42,780 nucleotides of DNA from a virus (IMGVR_UViG_3300030376_000768:1-42780), one strand, 5' to 3'; numbered from the stretch's first letter, positions 18,611 to 30,031 are shown. The notes: a model not told the origin generated them from the letters alone. Made by a program: numbers and translations.

Positions 18611-21600
18611 ATGGAAAAAGAAATTGACAATGGTTTTGCTCCAGGACAACCAATACCTCCATATAACCCTATGGGAATGGTTAGTCCTGATTCAGTAGAC
18701 GAAGTAAAAGATAATGCTTTTTATACTACTGCTTTAGAAGCACTTAGTGGTAGTGAAGATGCATTTGAAAATACTGATAAAGTTTATGACGATATTATAA
18801 ATGAGTATAGTACTCTTGGTATGTCTGCTACTGTAAATAATGCTAAACAAAGAGCATTAACAGAACAAGATATTAGTACTAAAGAAACTATCGCAGGTTT
18901 AATAGAAGATGAAACTGTATCTGTACAAGATAAACAAAATATATTACAAGCATATACTTATGGATTTCAATTACCACAAACTTTAAAAGATAAATATATT
19001 AATACCATATCATCTATGGAAGCAGCAACTAGTACTGATGATGAAGTAGTAACATTAGATATGAGTATTGATAAACAAAAGTTAGTAGACTCTGCTATGG
19101 AAGTAGGTACAACTTTAAGAAAAAAGATTATAGATTTTAAACAAGAGTATCCAGAAAAAGATGTTAATGAAGAAGTAGCTACTAAATTACTACGTAGTAT
19201 GGCTTCATTACAACCTGGGTTTACTCAGTTTTTAGAAATGGATGAAGATACTTTAGAAGAAAATGATGGTTTCTTTTATGGTGTAGGTGTAAATGTATCA
19301 CAACTAATTAACTCTTTACTTGTAGAGTTACCTATGTATGTTACACAACTATTATCTGTTCCTGCAGGTAAAACAAATGCTTTAGATGGATTACTATTAG
19401 AAGATGATGAAAAAAGAAAAGCACTTAAAAACTTTACAGAAATAAGAAAATATGTTGAAGAAGTTTATGCATCTGGAGATAAAGAAAAAGTATATGGTAT
19501 ATTTAATGACTATCAAAATATAGGTGTACTTGGTGATGTAGCTTTAAACTGGAAAGACTTTTGGCAAACAGTATTTAGAGTAGGTGGTTTAATAGCTACA
19601 GAAGAAGAGTTTGAAGATTATATACGTCAAGAGTCTATTACTATGAGTACTTTTGAAACTATTGATGATGGTTTTATGTGGGTAGCTAAAAAAGCTAGTC
19701 CAGATAATCCTGAAGCAGTTAAAGTACCTCTTGAAATTGCATCATTCTTTACTTTATGGGGACTTAAAAAAGGTAAAGGTTTAGTTAGAAGTGGTACAAG
19801 AAGATATTCATTAGGTAGGTCAGGTTATGATAGTTCTGTTGCTAAGTTTACTGAAGCTTTAGATAAAGCAGAAATTCAAGCAGAAGGACCTATTAAATTT
19901 CAACAAGATTCTAAAACTCCATTAACTTGGCAAGAAGTATTTATAACTGAAAAAAATGCACAAGGTAGACCTATAGTAAATCAAAATACTTTAATTGATA
20001 GAGTTAATGATATACCTTTAAGAAGTCCAGAACAGGCTACACGAGTAGCTAATCCTAAAGTAGGTAAAGAGTTAGATATAGAAATTGTTGCAGATGAATC
20101 TGGAAATACAGCTAAAAGAGCTGGAGTAAAAAGAACATCTATTATAGCTTTAGCCTTTGCTCCTATCTTAGGTGGTATATTAAATAAAAGTAAACATGTA
20201 GACTTACATGAATGGTCATTACAAAAAAGAATGTATGAAAGAATGTCTAATGATTACTTTACTAATCAAGGATTCTTATTCCCAGAAAAAAGAAAGACAT
20301 GGATTAGAGATACAGACAATGTATTAGATGATATATCTGCTGGTGTAGATGTATATCAAAGAAACTCTGATAGTGTATTTTCTAGTAAAGACTGGGGACT
20401 AAATGCTTCTATTGTATTTAGTAAGAATGCAGATGTACATTATAAAAATATAGGTGAAGTTACTGATGCTTATAATGTTATTGTAGAAAAAATTAAAGAC
20501 TCTGGTAAAAAAGACTTTGAGGTAATCATAGAACATGTAGATGCTAATGATGCTGTTATAAAATCGTTTAAAACTTTAGATGAACTAAATGCTTATCCAC
20601 AATTTAAACGTCCAGTTGACTCAGTTAAAAACTTAGAAGCAGAGAAAAAAAGATTAATAGCTGAAGCTAGTGAAGCTAGAAAGATTAGACTTAATAAGAA
20701 AAGAGTTGCAGCTGAAGCTGAGTTACAAGGTGTAACACCTGATGCTTGGTTAAAACAAGCTACTAGAAATGCACAACTTAGAGAAATAGAACTTAAACAA
20801 ATTGAACAGAATCTACAAGTAGCTAAACAAGTAGAAGGTAAACGTACTCAAGAACCTAATATAAGAATTAGAATTAATAGAGATGCAGATTATTATGATT
20901 CTGCACAACAGATAACTGATGGTTTTGCTAATCCACCTAAAAGAGGATGGTGGTTTACTAAAGCATTGTTTGATAGTGATATTGTTTGGAAAGGTATAGC
21001 ACACTTCGGTACAATTAATCGTAAGATGGAAGAAGTAATGCATAGTGCTGGTCTACGTGGTGTAGGTTGGATGAAAGAATCTTTACAATCATTACAAAAA
21101 GATATTAATAAACTAAGCCAGTCAGGTAGAAATGATATAGCTTTACTATATAAGAAGTCTTTAGACTATAAAGATTACTTAGATGTAAATGATATTACTA
21201 CTATGTTAGATAGACCTAACCTAGACTTAGAGACTGCTTATCTATATCAAAAGATTATTACTAAAACAAGAGCTTTAAATCAATTTAGATATAATGCAGA
21301 AAATATTTATGAATTAAATAGATTAAAAGCAGAAGGATATACTGGTTCTTTTAAAGTTATTAGAAGAGACATGGAAGGTAATCCTGTTGTAGATAGTAAA
21401 GGTAAACAATATACTGAAAATGTAGTAGTTAAAGAGCTTACAGATGCAGAAAAAATATTAGGTACAGAACAAGTATTTGACTATAGTAAGAATTCAGGAG
21501 TAGATAATCGTTTTGTTGGTAATCAACCAATCTACAGATTAAGTAAAATACATTTTGATAAAGATGGTAAAGCTTATGAGTATGGTGTTTTTGGTGCACA

Positions 21601-24283
21601 ACAACAATCAGTAATACCACAAATAGTAATACCTAGTCGTACTGGACATATGCCTGCTATTATGAAAGGCTCTCATTTTGTAAGAATGTATCCAAAAGAG
21701 TTTACATTAAATGGTATTACAAGAACATATGAGAATCATATAAAGAATGGTGGTAGCTATGAGTCTTGGATACAAGAAATGAAACCATATCAAAGAGCTG
21801 TAATGGTATCTCCTACAGCTATTGGTGCAGGTAGATGGCTTAAAAATGATTTAAATTCCTGGGCTAGAGAAGCTAATATAGATATCAATGCTAATTTCTT
21901 TGAAGTAGAAATAGCTAGTGAACTAAGACGAGCAGATAGAATAGAAGCTAATGTTATTAGAGAACAAGCTATGTCAGCTTCTAGACAACGTACTGAGTTA
22001 CCTATAGCTAAGGCTGTATATGAAGACCCACTAGCATCTTTTGTTGTTACAACTGAAGCTAATGGTGCAAGAGCATATATGCAACCATTACTAGCTGAGT
22101 ATAAAGCTAGATATATGAATCAATATAAAGATAAACTTGTAGAAGTTTTAGATGACTTTCCTAAAGATGAAACACAAATTAAAATGAAAGATGGTTTTGT
22201 TGATTTAGAAAATGTAGCTTTAAAAGAATACAGACAGATTATGATATTAGAACAAGGATATCAACCTAACTGGATTGGTAGAGCTTTACAAAAAGGTGCA
22301 GGAACTATAGCTAAATATGCTGAAGACTCAGCAGCTAATACTAAAGTACCTTTGTTACAAAAAGCTATAGAAAAAGCATTACCTGCAATATATGAAACTG
22401 CTAGAAAACCTAGTTTATTACAACAAACTCCAATGAGAGTTACTTCTATACTTAAGATTCAATGGCAAATACCTTGGTGGCATTGGATGATACAAACAGC
22501 TAACTCATGGGGACATTTAGCAGTAGGTGGATATGCAGGTTTTAATGCACAATCATTAAAAAACTACATAAAAACAGCTACTGATTCTGCTAGAGTAGTA
22601 CATATGATTACTAGAAATAACATGTCTGCTAAGAAGTATGCTAAAGAATTAGAAGCAGGGTTAGAGTGGATGGCAGAAAATGATGCTAAGATATTAGGAA
22701 AAACAGATGATATTTTAAATTTATCTAAAGAAGATATAGCATTAATAGTTAACAATGGACGTAGTTCTAGTTTCTTTCAGATAGCTGACCATACATTTGC
22801 TAAGAACTTTTGGAGACAAGGACCTAAACAAATTAGTGCAGGTAAGACAACAACGTTTTTTGGTAAAGCTAATGAAAAAATAGGTCAAGTAGGCTTTGAA
22901 CAAGGCGAGTTAATGGGTAGGGTAAACACCTGGATGGCTGCTAGAATAGATTGGGTACAAAAGAATCCAGGTAAAAACTGGAGAAGTGCTCAAGCTTTAG
23001 ATGAGATTACTGCTGGTGCACGTAAGTTAGCAGGTTCTATGGACCAGTATGGTGAAATGGGTATACAACGTGTACCTATCCTAGCTACATTTGCACAGTT
23101 CAGTTCATTTATATTTAAGTCATCAGAAGGTCTATGGAATACATCAGCTACACCATTTAACCCTAGACAGATGGCAGCATTAACTGCATGGAATACAGCA
23201 GTGTATGGTGTTAGAGGTGGTGTTTGGTATGGTATGGGTACACTAGTATTTGACCTATATAAACAATTATTTGGTGAAGATGTAGCAACAGAACAAATAA
23301 ATAAACTAGATGATTTGTCATTATTAAATATAGTAGTAAATGGATTTAGTGATGCTATGTTACCTACATATGACGAAAATGGTAATTTACTTAAATCTGA
23401 TTTAGAGTTTAATTTAAGATTCTCACCTATGGGTGCTGATATGCCACTTGGTGGTTATGGTGCTATATGGGAGTTCTTGTTTGGTGAACATGATGCTGGT
23501 AATATGGCGTTTGGTCCATCAGGACAGTTAATAAAAGATATAGCAGGTAAAGATGGAACACTTGATTTGTTACAAGCTATATGGTCTAAACCTACAAGTG
23601 ATATATCACAGACAGAAGACCAGATTTTAGCTTCATTAGAAGCTGTAGCTAAACTATCTGGACTAACTAGTGGTATTTCTAGAGTAGTCTTGATGAATTT
23701 ACTTGAAGATAAAAGAAGTAAACTAGGTCAATTACAAGGACAAAATCTTACTAAAGCTGAGAAATGGTTATGGGGTTGGTCTTCAGTACAAAGTAAAGCA
23801 GAAAGATTAGTTTTTGAAAACTTTGCTAATGCTAAAGATATGAAAACAGCTAACAAAGAATTAGCTGAAAGTATATATAAAGGTATGATAATGACTCTAG
23901 GTAGAAATCCTACAATGTCTGAGTTAATTACATTACAAAGAGGACTTAAGTATACATTATCAGGTTCTGACTATTTAGATGAAGAAAGATATAGAGAAAT
24001 TATTAAGCTTACTACACAAATTAATGAGCGTAATAGAGAGTCTATGTTTGAAAATATCTATTCAAGAGCTGTAGCAGATTCTAAACGAGGTGAAAGAGTA
24101 CATCCTAGTGTTATTGCTGAGTATGAGAATTTAGTTGAAATATATAAACAAAATGGTAATACTGTACAAAAAGAATCTTTAGAGCATATATTAGCTATAT
24201 TAAAATCAACTAACGCATCTAGAAAAGAATCAGATGTATTAAAAGAACGTAAGGAAAGTTTTGAAAAAGGAGAAATGTACTAA
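18611..24283 (+). CDS. Large internal virion (ejection) protein, 1890 aa
   Basis: Size, helical character, position among ejection genes; no catalytic motif recognised. Confidence 0.65.
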   Translation: MEKEIDNGFAPGQPIPPYNPMGMVSPDSVDEVKDNAFYTTALEALSGSEDAFENTDKVYDDIINEYSTLGMSATVNNAKQRALTEQDISTKETIAGLIEDETVSVQDKQNILQAYTYGFQLPQTLKDKYINTISSMEAATSTDDEVVTLDMSIDKQKLVDSAMEVGTTLRKKIIDFKQEYPEKDVNEEVATKLLRSMASLQPGFTQFLEMDEDTLEENDGFFYGVGVNVSQLINSLLVELPMYVTQLLSVPAGKTNALDGLLLEDDEKRKALKNFTEIRKYVEEVYASGDKEKVYGIFNDYQNIGVLGDVALNWKDFWQTVFRVGGLIATEEEFEDYIRQESITMSTFETIDDGFMWVAKKASPDNPEAVKVPLEIASFFTLWGLKKGKGLVRSGTRRYSLGRSGYDSSVAKFTEALDKAEIQAEGPIKFQQDSKTPLTWQEVFITEKNAQGRPIVNQNTLIDRVNDIPLRSPEQATRVANPKVGKELDIEIVADESGNTAKRAGVKRTSIIALAFAPILGGILNKSKHVDLHEWSLQKRMYERMSNDYFTNQGFLFPEKRKTWIRDTDNVLDDISAGVDVYQRNSDSVFSSKDWGLNASIVFSKNADVHYKNIGEVTDAYNVIVEKIKDSGKKDFEVIIEHVDANDAVIKSFKTLDELNAYPQFKRPVDSVKNLEAEKKRLIAEASEARKIRLNKKRVAAEAELQGVTPDAWLKQATRNAQLREIELKQIEQNLQVAKQVEGKRTQEPNIRIRINRDADYYDSAQQITDGFANPPKRGWWFTKALFDSDIVWKGIAHFGTINRKMEEVMHSAGLRGVGWMKESLQSLQKDINKLSQSGRNDIALLYKKSLDYKDYLDVNDITTMLDRPNLDLETAYLYQKIITKTRALNQFRYNAENIYELNRLKAEGYTGSFKVIRRDMEGNPVVDSKGKQYTENVVVKELTDAEKILGTEQVFDYSKNSGVDNRFVGNQPIYRLSKIHFDKDGKAYEYGVFGAQQQSVIPQIVIPSRTGHMPAIMKGSHFVRMYPKEFTLNGITRTYENHIKNGGSYESWIQEMKPYQRAVMVSPTAIGAGRWLKNDLNSWAREANIDINANFFEVEIASELRRADRIEANVIREQAMSASRQRTELPIAKAVYEDPLASFVVTTEANGARAYMQPLLAEYKARYMNQYKDKLVEVLDDFPKDETQIKMKDGFVDLENVALKEYRQIMILEQGYQPNWIGRALQKGAGTIAKYAEDSAANTKVPLLQKAIEKALPAIYETARKPSLLQQTPMRVTSILKIQWQIPWWHWMIQTANSWGHLAVGGYAGFNAQSLKNYIKTATDSARVVHMITRNNMSAKKYAKELEAGLEWMAENDAKILGKTDDILNLSKEDIALIVNNGRSSSFFQIADHTFAKNFWRQGPKQISAGKTTTFFGKANEKIGQVGFEQGELMGRVNTWMAARIDWVQKNPGKNWRSAQALDEITAGARKLAGSMDQYGEMGIQRVPILATFAQFSSFIFKSSEGLWNTSATPFNPRQMAALTAWNTAVYGVRGGVWYGMGTLVFDLYKQLFGEDVATEQINKLDDLSLLNIVVNGFSDAMLPTYDENGNLLKSDLEFNLRFSPMGADMPLGGYGAIWEFLFGEHDAGNMAFGPSGQLIKDIAGKDGTLDLLQAIWSKPTSDISQTEDQILASLEAVAKLSGLTSGISRVVLMNLLEDKRSKLGQLQGQNLTKAEKWLWGWSSVQSKAERLVFENFANAKDMKTANKELAESIYKGMIMTLGRNPTMSELITLQRGLKYTLSGSDYLDEERYREIIKLTTQINERNRESMFENIYSRAVADSKRGERVHPSVIAEYENLVEIYKQNGNTVQKESLEHILAILKSTNASRKESDVLKERKESFEKGEMY

Positions 24284-26085
24284 TGGCAAAGCCAATTTTT
24301 GACACAACTAAAATTAAGCAGAATGCTCCAGGGCTTACTTATGCTACACCTCAGTCTATGCCAGCTAAGTATAATACTTTAGGTGGAGTAGCTCAGGTAG
24401 CTAAGGAAGGCATTGATATGGCTGTTGCTTATAAAGATGATAAAGTAAATACAGAAGCTGAAGATGCTGCAAATGAATTAACTGATGAATATTTCGAAGG
24501 TTCTGAAACATATGAAAATGATTTAGAACAACGTAAATTAAGATTAGAGTCGGAGTTAGAAACAGATGCCGGTAATTCAGAGATTATCTCAGAACTTAAT
24601 GAATTAGATAATAAATTAGCTTTATCTAAAGACCAAGGTCAAATAGGACCTGGAGAACAAAGATATAGAATGATGTCTAAAGCTCAAGAACTAACTAGTA
24701 AATATCCTGCATATCAAGCAGAAATTGCTGCTAAAATGAATAGTGTATTTGCTGCTACAGGACTTAATGATATACTTGCTGCTGACTCTGCACTATTAAA
24801 AACTAGAGCTGATGCTGCTATTGAAAGACAAAAAGATAAAATAGAACTTGTACAAGAATTTGTTGGTTCTGTTGATGGAATGAGTCAAGATGAAATAGAC
24901 TATAACTATAACAAAGTAGTTAATGCAAAAGCTGATTCTACAAGAATGGACTTTTATATAAACTCTATGAAAAATGCAGACCAGAAAGCAAAATGGGAAG
25001 CTTACAGTGAATGGAAAAATACTCCTGGAGCATTTCAAAGAACACAAGCTACTATCTTTGGTGCTGTAAATGCACAGTTAATTCAAATATCTAATACTCC
25101 TGGTATTGATATTGATACAAAAATGAAAGTAGCTAGGGAAGCTATTACAAGAGCTAGAACAAGTATTATTGAGTTATCAGGTACTATTCCTAAAGATGCA
25201 AATGAAGGAAACTTATTTATTGAAAATATGTTAACTGAAATTAATGCTATGGAAGAAGATTTTCAAAAAGAAGAAGATGGTACTGTAGCATTAACACAAC
25301 TTACAAATAAAGCTAAGATAATTACTACTCGTCAACAAATAAACTTAAGTCATAAAATTAATATACCTGAGTTTGAGTTAAACATGAAGTTAATAGAAAG
25401 TTTAGGTAAAATTAGACCAACGACAGCTCTTAATAAGCTTGATTCTTTAGTTACTAAGTTAAGTAACCAAGCTGTTATAAGTACAGCAGGTGTAACTGCA
25501 GGTAGTTCACTATCTGAAGAATATCCTGGAGTTACTGGTGGTAATCAACAAGTAATGCAGGATGCTATGCTAATTGGTATTGAAGCTAAAAAGTATTTAG
25601 AACAAGAAGGAGAGTTATCATCTACACATATACTTATGTATAATAATGCATTAACTTTACCTCAATCTAGACTTAGTGGAGAACAGTTATTACAGTTTCA
25701 AGATACTTATCTTAATAAGTTTGTAACTAATATGCCAGAAGAAGTACTTACTGGATTAGTTAACAATAGTAATTTCTCATCTGCTCTAGCTAGCCACTTA
25801 GATGTATATACTTTAACTGCTGGACAATCTTTATTTGGTATTCTTGGAGACAATGATATTAAATTAAGTAGAAATAAAACAGATAGTTCTTTATTTGTAA
25901 CTCAACAAAATAATCCTGAGTTAACTCCTACACAAATACAAGCTACAAATAATGCATTACAAAGAGTTACAAACATTGCATTAATTGAAAATAGATTAGC
26001 TAAAGCTGCAGGTAAACCAGAAGCATTAGAAAAAACTATAACTGATTTATTAGCTGAACATTTTACTAAGGTACAAATAAACTAA
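24283..26085 (+). CDS. Putative internal virion protein
   Basis: 600 aa helical; translationally coupled to both neighbours (TAATG). Confidence 0.6.
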   Translation: MAKPIFDTTKIKQNAPGLTYATPQSMPAKYNTLGGVAQVAKEGIDMAVAYKDDKVNTEAEDAANELTDEYFEGSETYENDLEQRKLRLESELETDAGNSEIISELNELDNKLALSKDQGQIGPGEQRYRMMSKAQELTSKYPAYQAEIAAKMNSVFAATGLNDILAADSALLKTRADAAIERQKDKIELVQEFVGSVDGMSQDEIDYNYNKVVNAKADSTRMDFYINSMKNADQKAKWEAYSEWKNTPGAFQRTQATIFGAVNAQLIQISNTPGIDIDTKMKVAREAITRARTSIIELSGTIPKDANEGNLFIENMLTEINAMEEDFQKEEDGTVALTQLTNKAKIITTRQQINLSHKINIPEFELNMKLIESLGKIRPTTALNKLDSLVTKLSNQAVISTAGVTAGSSLSEEYPGVTGGNQQVMQDAMLIGIEAKKYLEQEGELSSTHILMYNNALTLPQSRLSGEQLLQFQDTYLNKFVTNMPEEVLTGLVNNSNFSSALASHLDVYTLTAGQSLFGILGDNDIKLSRNKTDSSLFVTQQNNPELTPTQIQATNNALQRVTNIALIENRLAKAAGKPEALEKTITDLLAEHFTKVQIN

Positions 26086-26813
26086 TGACTACAGGTAGAA
26101 ATATTTTACAAACAGTAATAGACCATGATAGTGGTAAATCATTATCATTAGCAGCTAATGCTATGAAACAAGCACAGAGTTTGTTACAACGACCTACAAC
26201 AAGTCGTAGGCAACCAGAACCAGAAGTTAAAGAAACAGTAGAAGAAGCAGTTACTACTCCTGTTAAACCTGAGCCTAAGATAGAAGAAAAGGTAGTAGAG
26301 AAACCTTATGAAGCTAAAACATTTGCTGTAAAACAAGAAGAATCAAAGATAATAGAAAAGGAGATAACAAATGAGAAACCTACTATGGAGTTTGGTAGTA
26401 GTCGTCCTAGTGTTGAGCCTAGTAAAAAAGTAGATACGGACTATAGTATTAGTAAATATAACAACCCTGGAAACATAGAACAAGGTATACAATGGGAAGG
26501 TTTAGCTGAAGGAGGCTATGGTCCGAATGAAAGATTTGCAATATTTGAAACACCTCAAGCTGGTATAAGAGCTTTAAAGAAAGACTTAACTACTAAACTT
26601 GCTAGGTTTGATGGTAATTTACGTAATATGATTGAACAATATGCACCTGAGTCTGAGAATGATGTACAACGATATTTAGAAGTAGTCCAGCAAACTGCTG
26701 GAGTTAAAGATGTATATACAGAAGAAGACTTAGATAATATTGTAAAAGGGTTTATACGTATGGAAAACAAAAAAGAATTAGCTGATAAATATATATCATT
26801 AATGGAGAATTAA
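26085..26813 (+). CDS. Putative virion-associated lysozyme-like protein
   Basis: NNPGNI...FAIFETPQAGIRA...YAPESEND..RY..MEN motif behind a Pro/Glu-rich linker. Confidence 0.6.
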   Translation: MTTGRNILQTVIDHDSGKSLSLAANAMKQAQSLLQRPTTSRRQPEPEVKETVEEAVTTPVKPEPKIEEKVVEKPYEAKTFAVKQEESKIIEKEITNEKPTMEFGSSRPSVEPSKKVDTDYSISKYNNPGNIEQGIQWEGLAEGGYGPNERFAIFETPQAGIRALKKDLTTKLARFDGNLRNMIEQYAPESENDVQRYLEVVQQTAGVKDVYTEEDLDNIVKGFIRMENKKELADKYISLMEN

Positions 26814-26814
26814 T

Positions 26815-27360
26815 ATGGCTAAAAAAGACTTTGATTTAATACCAGCTCCTGTAAAAGCTTTTGCTAATGACATTCTTTTTAATTCATTACTTCCTGGTAA
26901 ATTACAAAACAAATTTACATACGATAATGATTTTTTTGCAGATAGTGATTTAACATTTATAAAAGAAAAGGTATTAGAAAGAATTAAAAAGACAGGTAAA
27001 AAGAAAGGTAACTTTGAATATAAACATTATCCTTCAGGAATTAGGTCTGTTGAAAGACGTGGTGGTTCTGTTACAGATGTGTTTACAGACCCTGAACAAA
27101 GAGTTAAAAAGTCTTTAGGTCAATTTGGTTATGAACTTGTAGATGATAAGATTATGATTACAGATAGATTTAATTTTAATGATGCACCTCAAGATAGACA
27201 AAATATACCTTTGTCTGAAAAACTAAAAACTATTACTGCAGATATTGATGCAGAAAAAATAAAATCTAATTATGGTAAGGTAAGAAAAGTAGCTCAAAAT
27301 TTAGGTTCTTCTGAAGGACAAGGAGCTACATTTAAGTTGGAAATAGATGCAAACAATTAA
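26815..27360 (+). CDS. Hypothetical protein
   Basis: GGAG RBS; SLGQF...ITDRFNFN motif. Confidence 0.7.
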   Translation: MAKKDFDLIPAPVKAFANDILFNSLLPGKLQNKFTYDNDFFADSDLTFIKEKVLERIKKTGKKKGNFEYKHYPSGIRSVERRGGSVTDVFTDPEQRVKKSLGQFGYELVDDKIMITDRFNFNDAPQDRQNIPLSEKLKTITADIDAEKIKSNYGKVRKVAQNLGSSEGQGATFKLEIDANN

Positions 27361-27388
27361 ATACATTGTTGCTATAACATTAGCAGTA

Positions 27389-27416
27389 CTAGGGGGAGAT
27401 TATATTGACCCCCTAG
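27389..27416. terminator. Inverted repeat at the convergence of the two arms
   Basis: CTAGGGGG-12 nt-CCCCCTAG; no clear U tracts. Confidence 0.5.
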
Positions 27417-27464
27417 CATTAGATGATAAAGATGTAGTTAAAGTTATCTATGAAGAATGTTATA

Positions 27465-27833
27465 TTACCAGACAAATTTCACAACATTAACAGGTATCCC
27501 TAGCTTCTGAGCATATCTAATCGCATACTGCGTACCACTACTTTTAGTATCCCATAAAGCTAATACATGGTCAGCATTGTTTATAATCTGTTTAGTACGT
27601 ATAAAGAAATGTTTACTATCAAAATTAGCTACAGGGTCTAATAGATGATAAGGTAAGAACCTTACTAAATCTATATTATGAGACTCTGCATAATGACTAA
27701 CAGCAGCATCAGGACCTCTAGCTGCGCCCATTAGAATACAAGTAGGATTAAGTTCTTTTACTGCTTTATCTACTGTTCTAAGAGTCCAGGCATCATCTAC
27801 TATACTTCTACTTCCTACGATAGCTAACTTCAT
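27465..27833 (-). CDS. SLOG-family protein (DUF2493/YspA-like)
   Basis: MKLAIVGSR, GAARGPD, LWDTKSSGT; start moved to ATG 27833 (ATGA overlap). Confidence 0.75.
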   Translation of the reverse strand: MKLAIVGSRSIVDDAWTLRTVDKAVKELNPTCILMGAARGPDAAVSHYAESHNIDLVRFLPYHLLDPVANFDSKHFFIRTKQIINNADHVLALWDTKSSGTQYAIRYAQKLGIPVNVVKFVW

Positions 27834-27970
27834 TCTGGATACCACGCACATTGTAATCTAACAACAAACAAATCAATCAGTAAATATTCTACTTGTTCTT
27901 TGTCTATTACTCCATTAGTAAACTCGAAACCCAAATGGATTCCGAGTATAGGGTAATAACTAAATTTCAC
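27830..27970 (-). CDS. 46-aa hypothetical protein
   Basis: Manual translation from GTG with GGAGG RBS; fills the gap between RNR and the SLOG gene. Confidence 0.55.
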   Translation of the reverse strand: MKFSYYPILGIHLGFEFTNGVIDKEQVEYLLIDLFVVRLQCAWYPE

Positions 27971-29822
27971 AAGAACCTCCAGTACACGCTAGTGTTTGAC
28001 TACCTTCAGTGTTATCATCTTCTTCAATGAATGAAGTCCAATCAATACTCTTAGGTGTTTTCTTAAGTAATTTATTATATTCTTCTTTAGTAGCATCTTG
28101 ATATGGTGCTTGTACGTATGTATGGTCACTGTGTGGTAGGAAAGATATACCTGATATCTCATCAAAATACTTCCATACCCATGCACCTACGTCCATCCAT
28201 TCATCATCTCTAACACTAATTGTTACAGAAGGTTTATGTTCACACCAATGTCTTTGGTATACTAACCAATTTTCCATCTGCTCTATAGCTGTCATATCAT
28301 TACGAGTAACAGCTCCTTTAGGTGCTTTCATAGGAAAGCTAAATACTGCAGTTGAATCAGGTCTATACTGTTCATCTTCTACTTGCACCCCTTTATCTTT
28401 TAAAAACTCATATATAGGGTCTTTCTTATCCATACGGATAGTTCTTATGTAATGCTCAGCGTGACGAGCATGTATGCCGCTAGCACTATCAACAAGCTGA
28501 GAAACAGTCCCAGAAGGTTTAACACATGTAATACTTGTGCTTCTTGGGATGTCAAGTTTGTCTGCGTATTTATGGTTTGTTTTTCTGGCATGGTCTCTCA
28601 TCTCCTCTAAAAATTTAGGGTCAGGATTAGATGTTATCTTAGCATCCATAATACCTGTTAGTGATACACCAAGTAATCTTTCTTCTACTGTGTTCTTACT
28701 CCAGTCATGAGATAAGAACTGAAAGTTAGTTAGATTAGATTGTAATGTACCAAGTATTGTAGCTAGTCTTACTTTGTTAAGTAGACTTTCTTTAGTATCA
28801 CCATTTCTTACAACTACTTCTGTTAAGTTACAAAACTGTTTATCACGCAATATAATTTCACTACATGGATTTGTTCCATAACTTAATGTTTCATCACGTC
28901 TTTTCCATTTAGCAGCTTGTTTTTGTGCTGCAACTCTGTTGAATATACCACGTTCTCCTGACTTAGACTTAACTAGAGACACCCATTCATCCATGAATGT
29001 TTCCATATCAGGTTTTTCTGTATAAGCAACTGAGTTATTAGCTAAACCACGCCATGCAAAATCATTGTACCAGGCACCCATTTTAGCCTCTCTCATGCGT
29101 TTATCTGTAAGATTTGATAGTGAGATAAGGGCAGAACGTCTAACACCACCAACGACTACAATTTCACCTACCATACAGATTATATCATGTACCTCTAACG
29201 AGGTTAGTTTACGTCCTGTTGCATGCTTGAATGACTCTATTACAAAGTCAAATAATCTTTTAAGAGGTTCAGGACCACTAGCTCTACCACCAAATGTTTT
29301 AAGTCTAGCACCGGCAGGTCTTACATGAGAGTAATCAATCTTGGGTATATCACCTTCCCATAGAGAAGATAATAGTTTCTTAAACGCTTTCGCCCATCCA
29401 AGTTTGCTGTCACCAACCACAATAGTATCATCAGTACTATGAAGTACTTCTGGTATCTCAGGTAACTTACCAATCTCTTGTCTCTCACAACTAAATCCTA
29501 CACCTGTTCCATTCATTAAAATATATAAAGCCTCACTAAAAGCTCTTTTATTATTAATAGCGAGATAAGAACAATTGTAAGCCGCAATATTGTCTCGTTC
29601 ACAAGCCTCTCCTGCTGACATCATAAGCCTCATACTAGGCATGATTTCTAAATTAAGTACTGCTTCTCGTATCTCTTTAAACTCTTTATCTAGTCCTTCG
29701 TTCTTAGACTTGAGGTAGTTAACCATTCTGTCTACTGTTTCTTCCCACGTCTCACGTCTTTTAAGCTCAGGTATAAAACGTGCGTATCTACTTGATGCTA
29801 TTACCGATTGGTAAATATCCAA
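27960..29822 (-). CDS. nrdJ: Class II (adenosylcobalamin-dependent) ribonucleoside-triphosphate reductase
   Basis: RRETWEETV, PSMR, GGVRRSA, TNPCSEI, CNLTEV, TCVKPSGT, C-terminal ACTGGSCEI; no small subunit gene seen. Confidence 0.93.
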   Translation of the reverse strand: MDIYQSVIASSRYARFIPELKRRETWEETVDRMVNYLKSKNEGLDKEFKEIREAVLNLEIMPSMRLMMSAGEACERDNIAAYNCSYLAINNKRAFSEALYILMNGTGVGFSCERQEIGKLPEIPEVLHSTDDTIVVGDSKLGWAKAFKKLLSSLWEGDIPKIDYSHVRPAGARLKTFGGRASGPEPLKRLFDFVIESFKHATGRKLTSLEVHDIICMVGEIVVVGGVRRSALISLSNLTDKRMREAKMGAWYNDFAWRGLANNSVAYTEKPDMETFMDEWVSLVKSKSGERGIFNRVAAQKQAAKWKRRDETLSYGTNPCSEIILRDKQFCNLTEVVVRNGDTKESLLNKVRLATILGTLQSNLTNFQFLSHDWSKNTVEERLLGVSLTGIMDAKITSNPDPKFLEEMRDHARKTNHKYADKLDIPRSTSITCVKPSGTVSQLVDSASGIHARHAEHYIRTIRMDKKDPIYEFLKDKGVQVEDEQYRPDSTAVFSFPMKAPKGAVTRNDMTAIEQMENWLVYQRHWCEHKPSVTISVRDDEWMDVGAWVWKYFDEISGISFLPHSDHTYVQAPYQDATKEEYNKLLKKTPKSIDWTSFIEEDDNTEGSQTLACTGGSCEI

Positions 29823-29831
29823 TGCTATCTC

Positions 29832-30029
29832 CTATTCTTCGTCGTTAAATGTAAAGTCTAATTGTTTAGTATGTTCATCTAAATCATTAGATAGTTCTTC
29901 GAGGTTGTCCTCGATTTTGTCTTGGAATTTATTAACTATATCTTCAGATGTAATATCTAGAATTTCTAATAGAGTAGTTTCATCTATCTTAGTTAACTCT
30001 TCGCAGACTTCTTTGAAAGATAAAGCCAT
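29832..30029 (-). CDS. Acidic hypothetical protein
   Basis: DETTLLEILDITSEDIVNKFQDKIE. Confidence 0.7.
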   Translation of the reverse strand: MALSFKEVCEELTKIDETTLLEILDITSEDIVNKFQDKIEDNLEELSNDLDEHTKQLDFTFNDEE

Positions 30030-30031
30030 AG

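Noticed and set aside
18611-24283. Large protein as a virion RNA polymerase
   Set aside because: No DxDGD or single-subunit RNAP motifs seen; position fits an ejection protein; a structure search would be needed to exclude it fully
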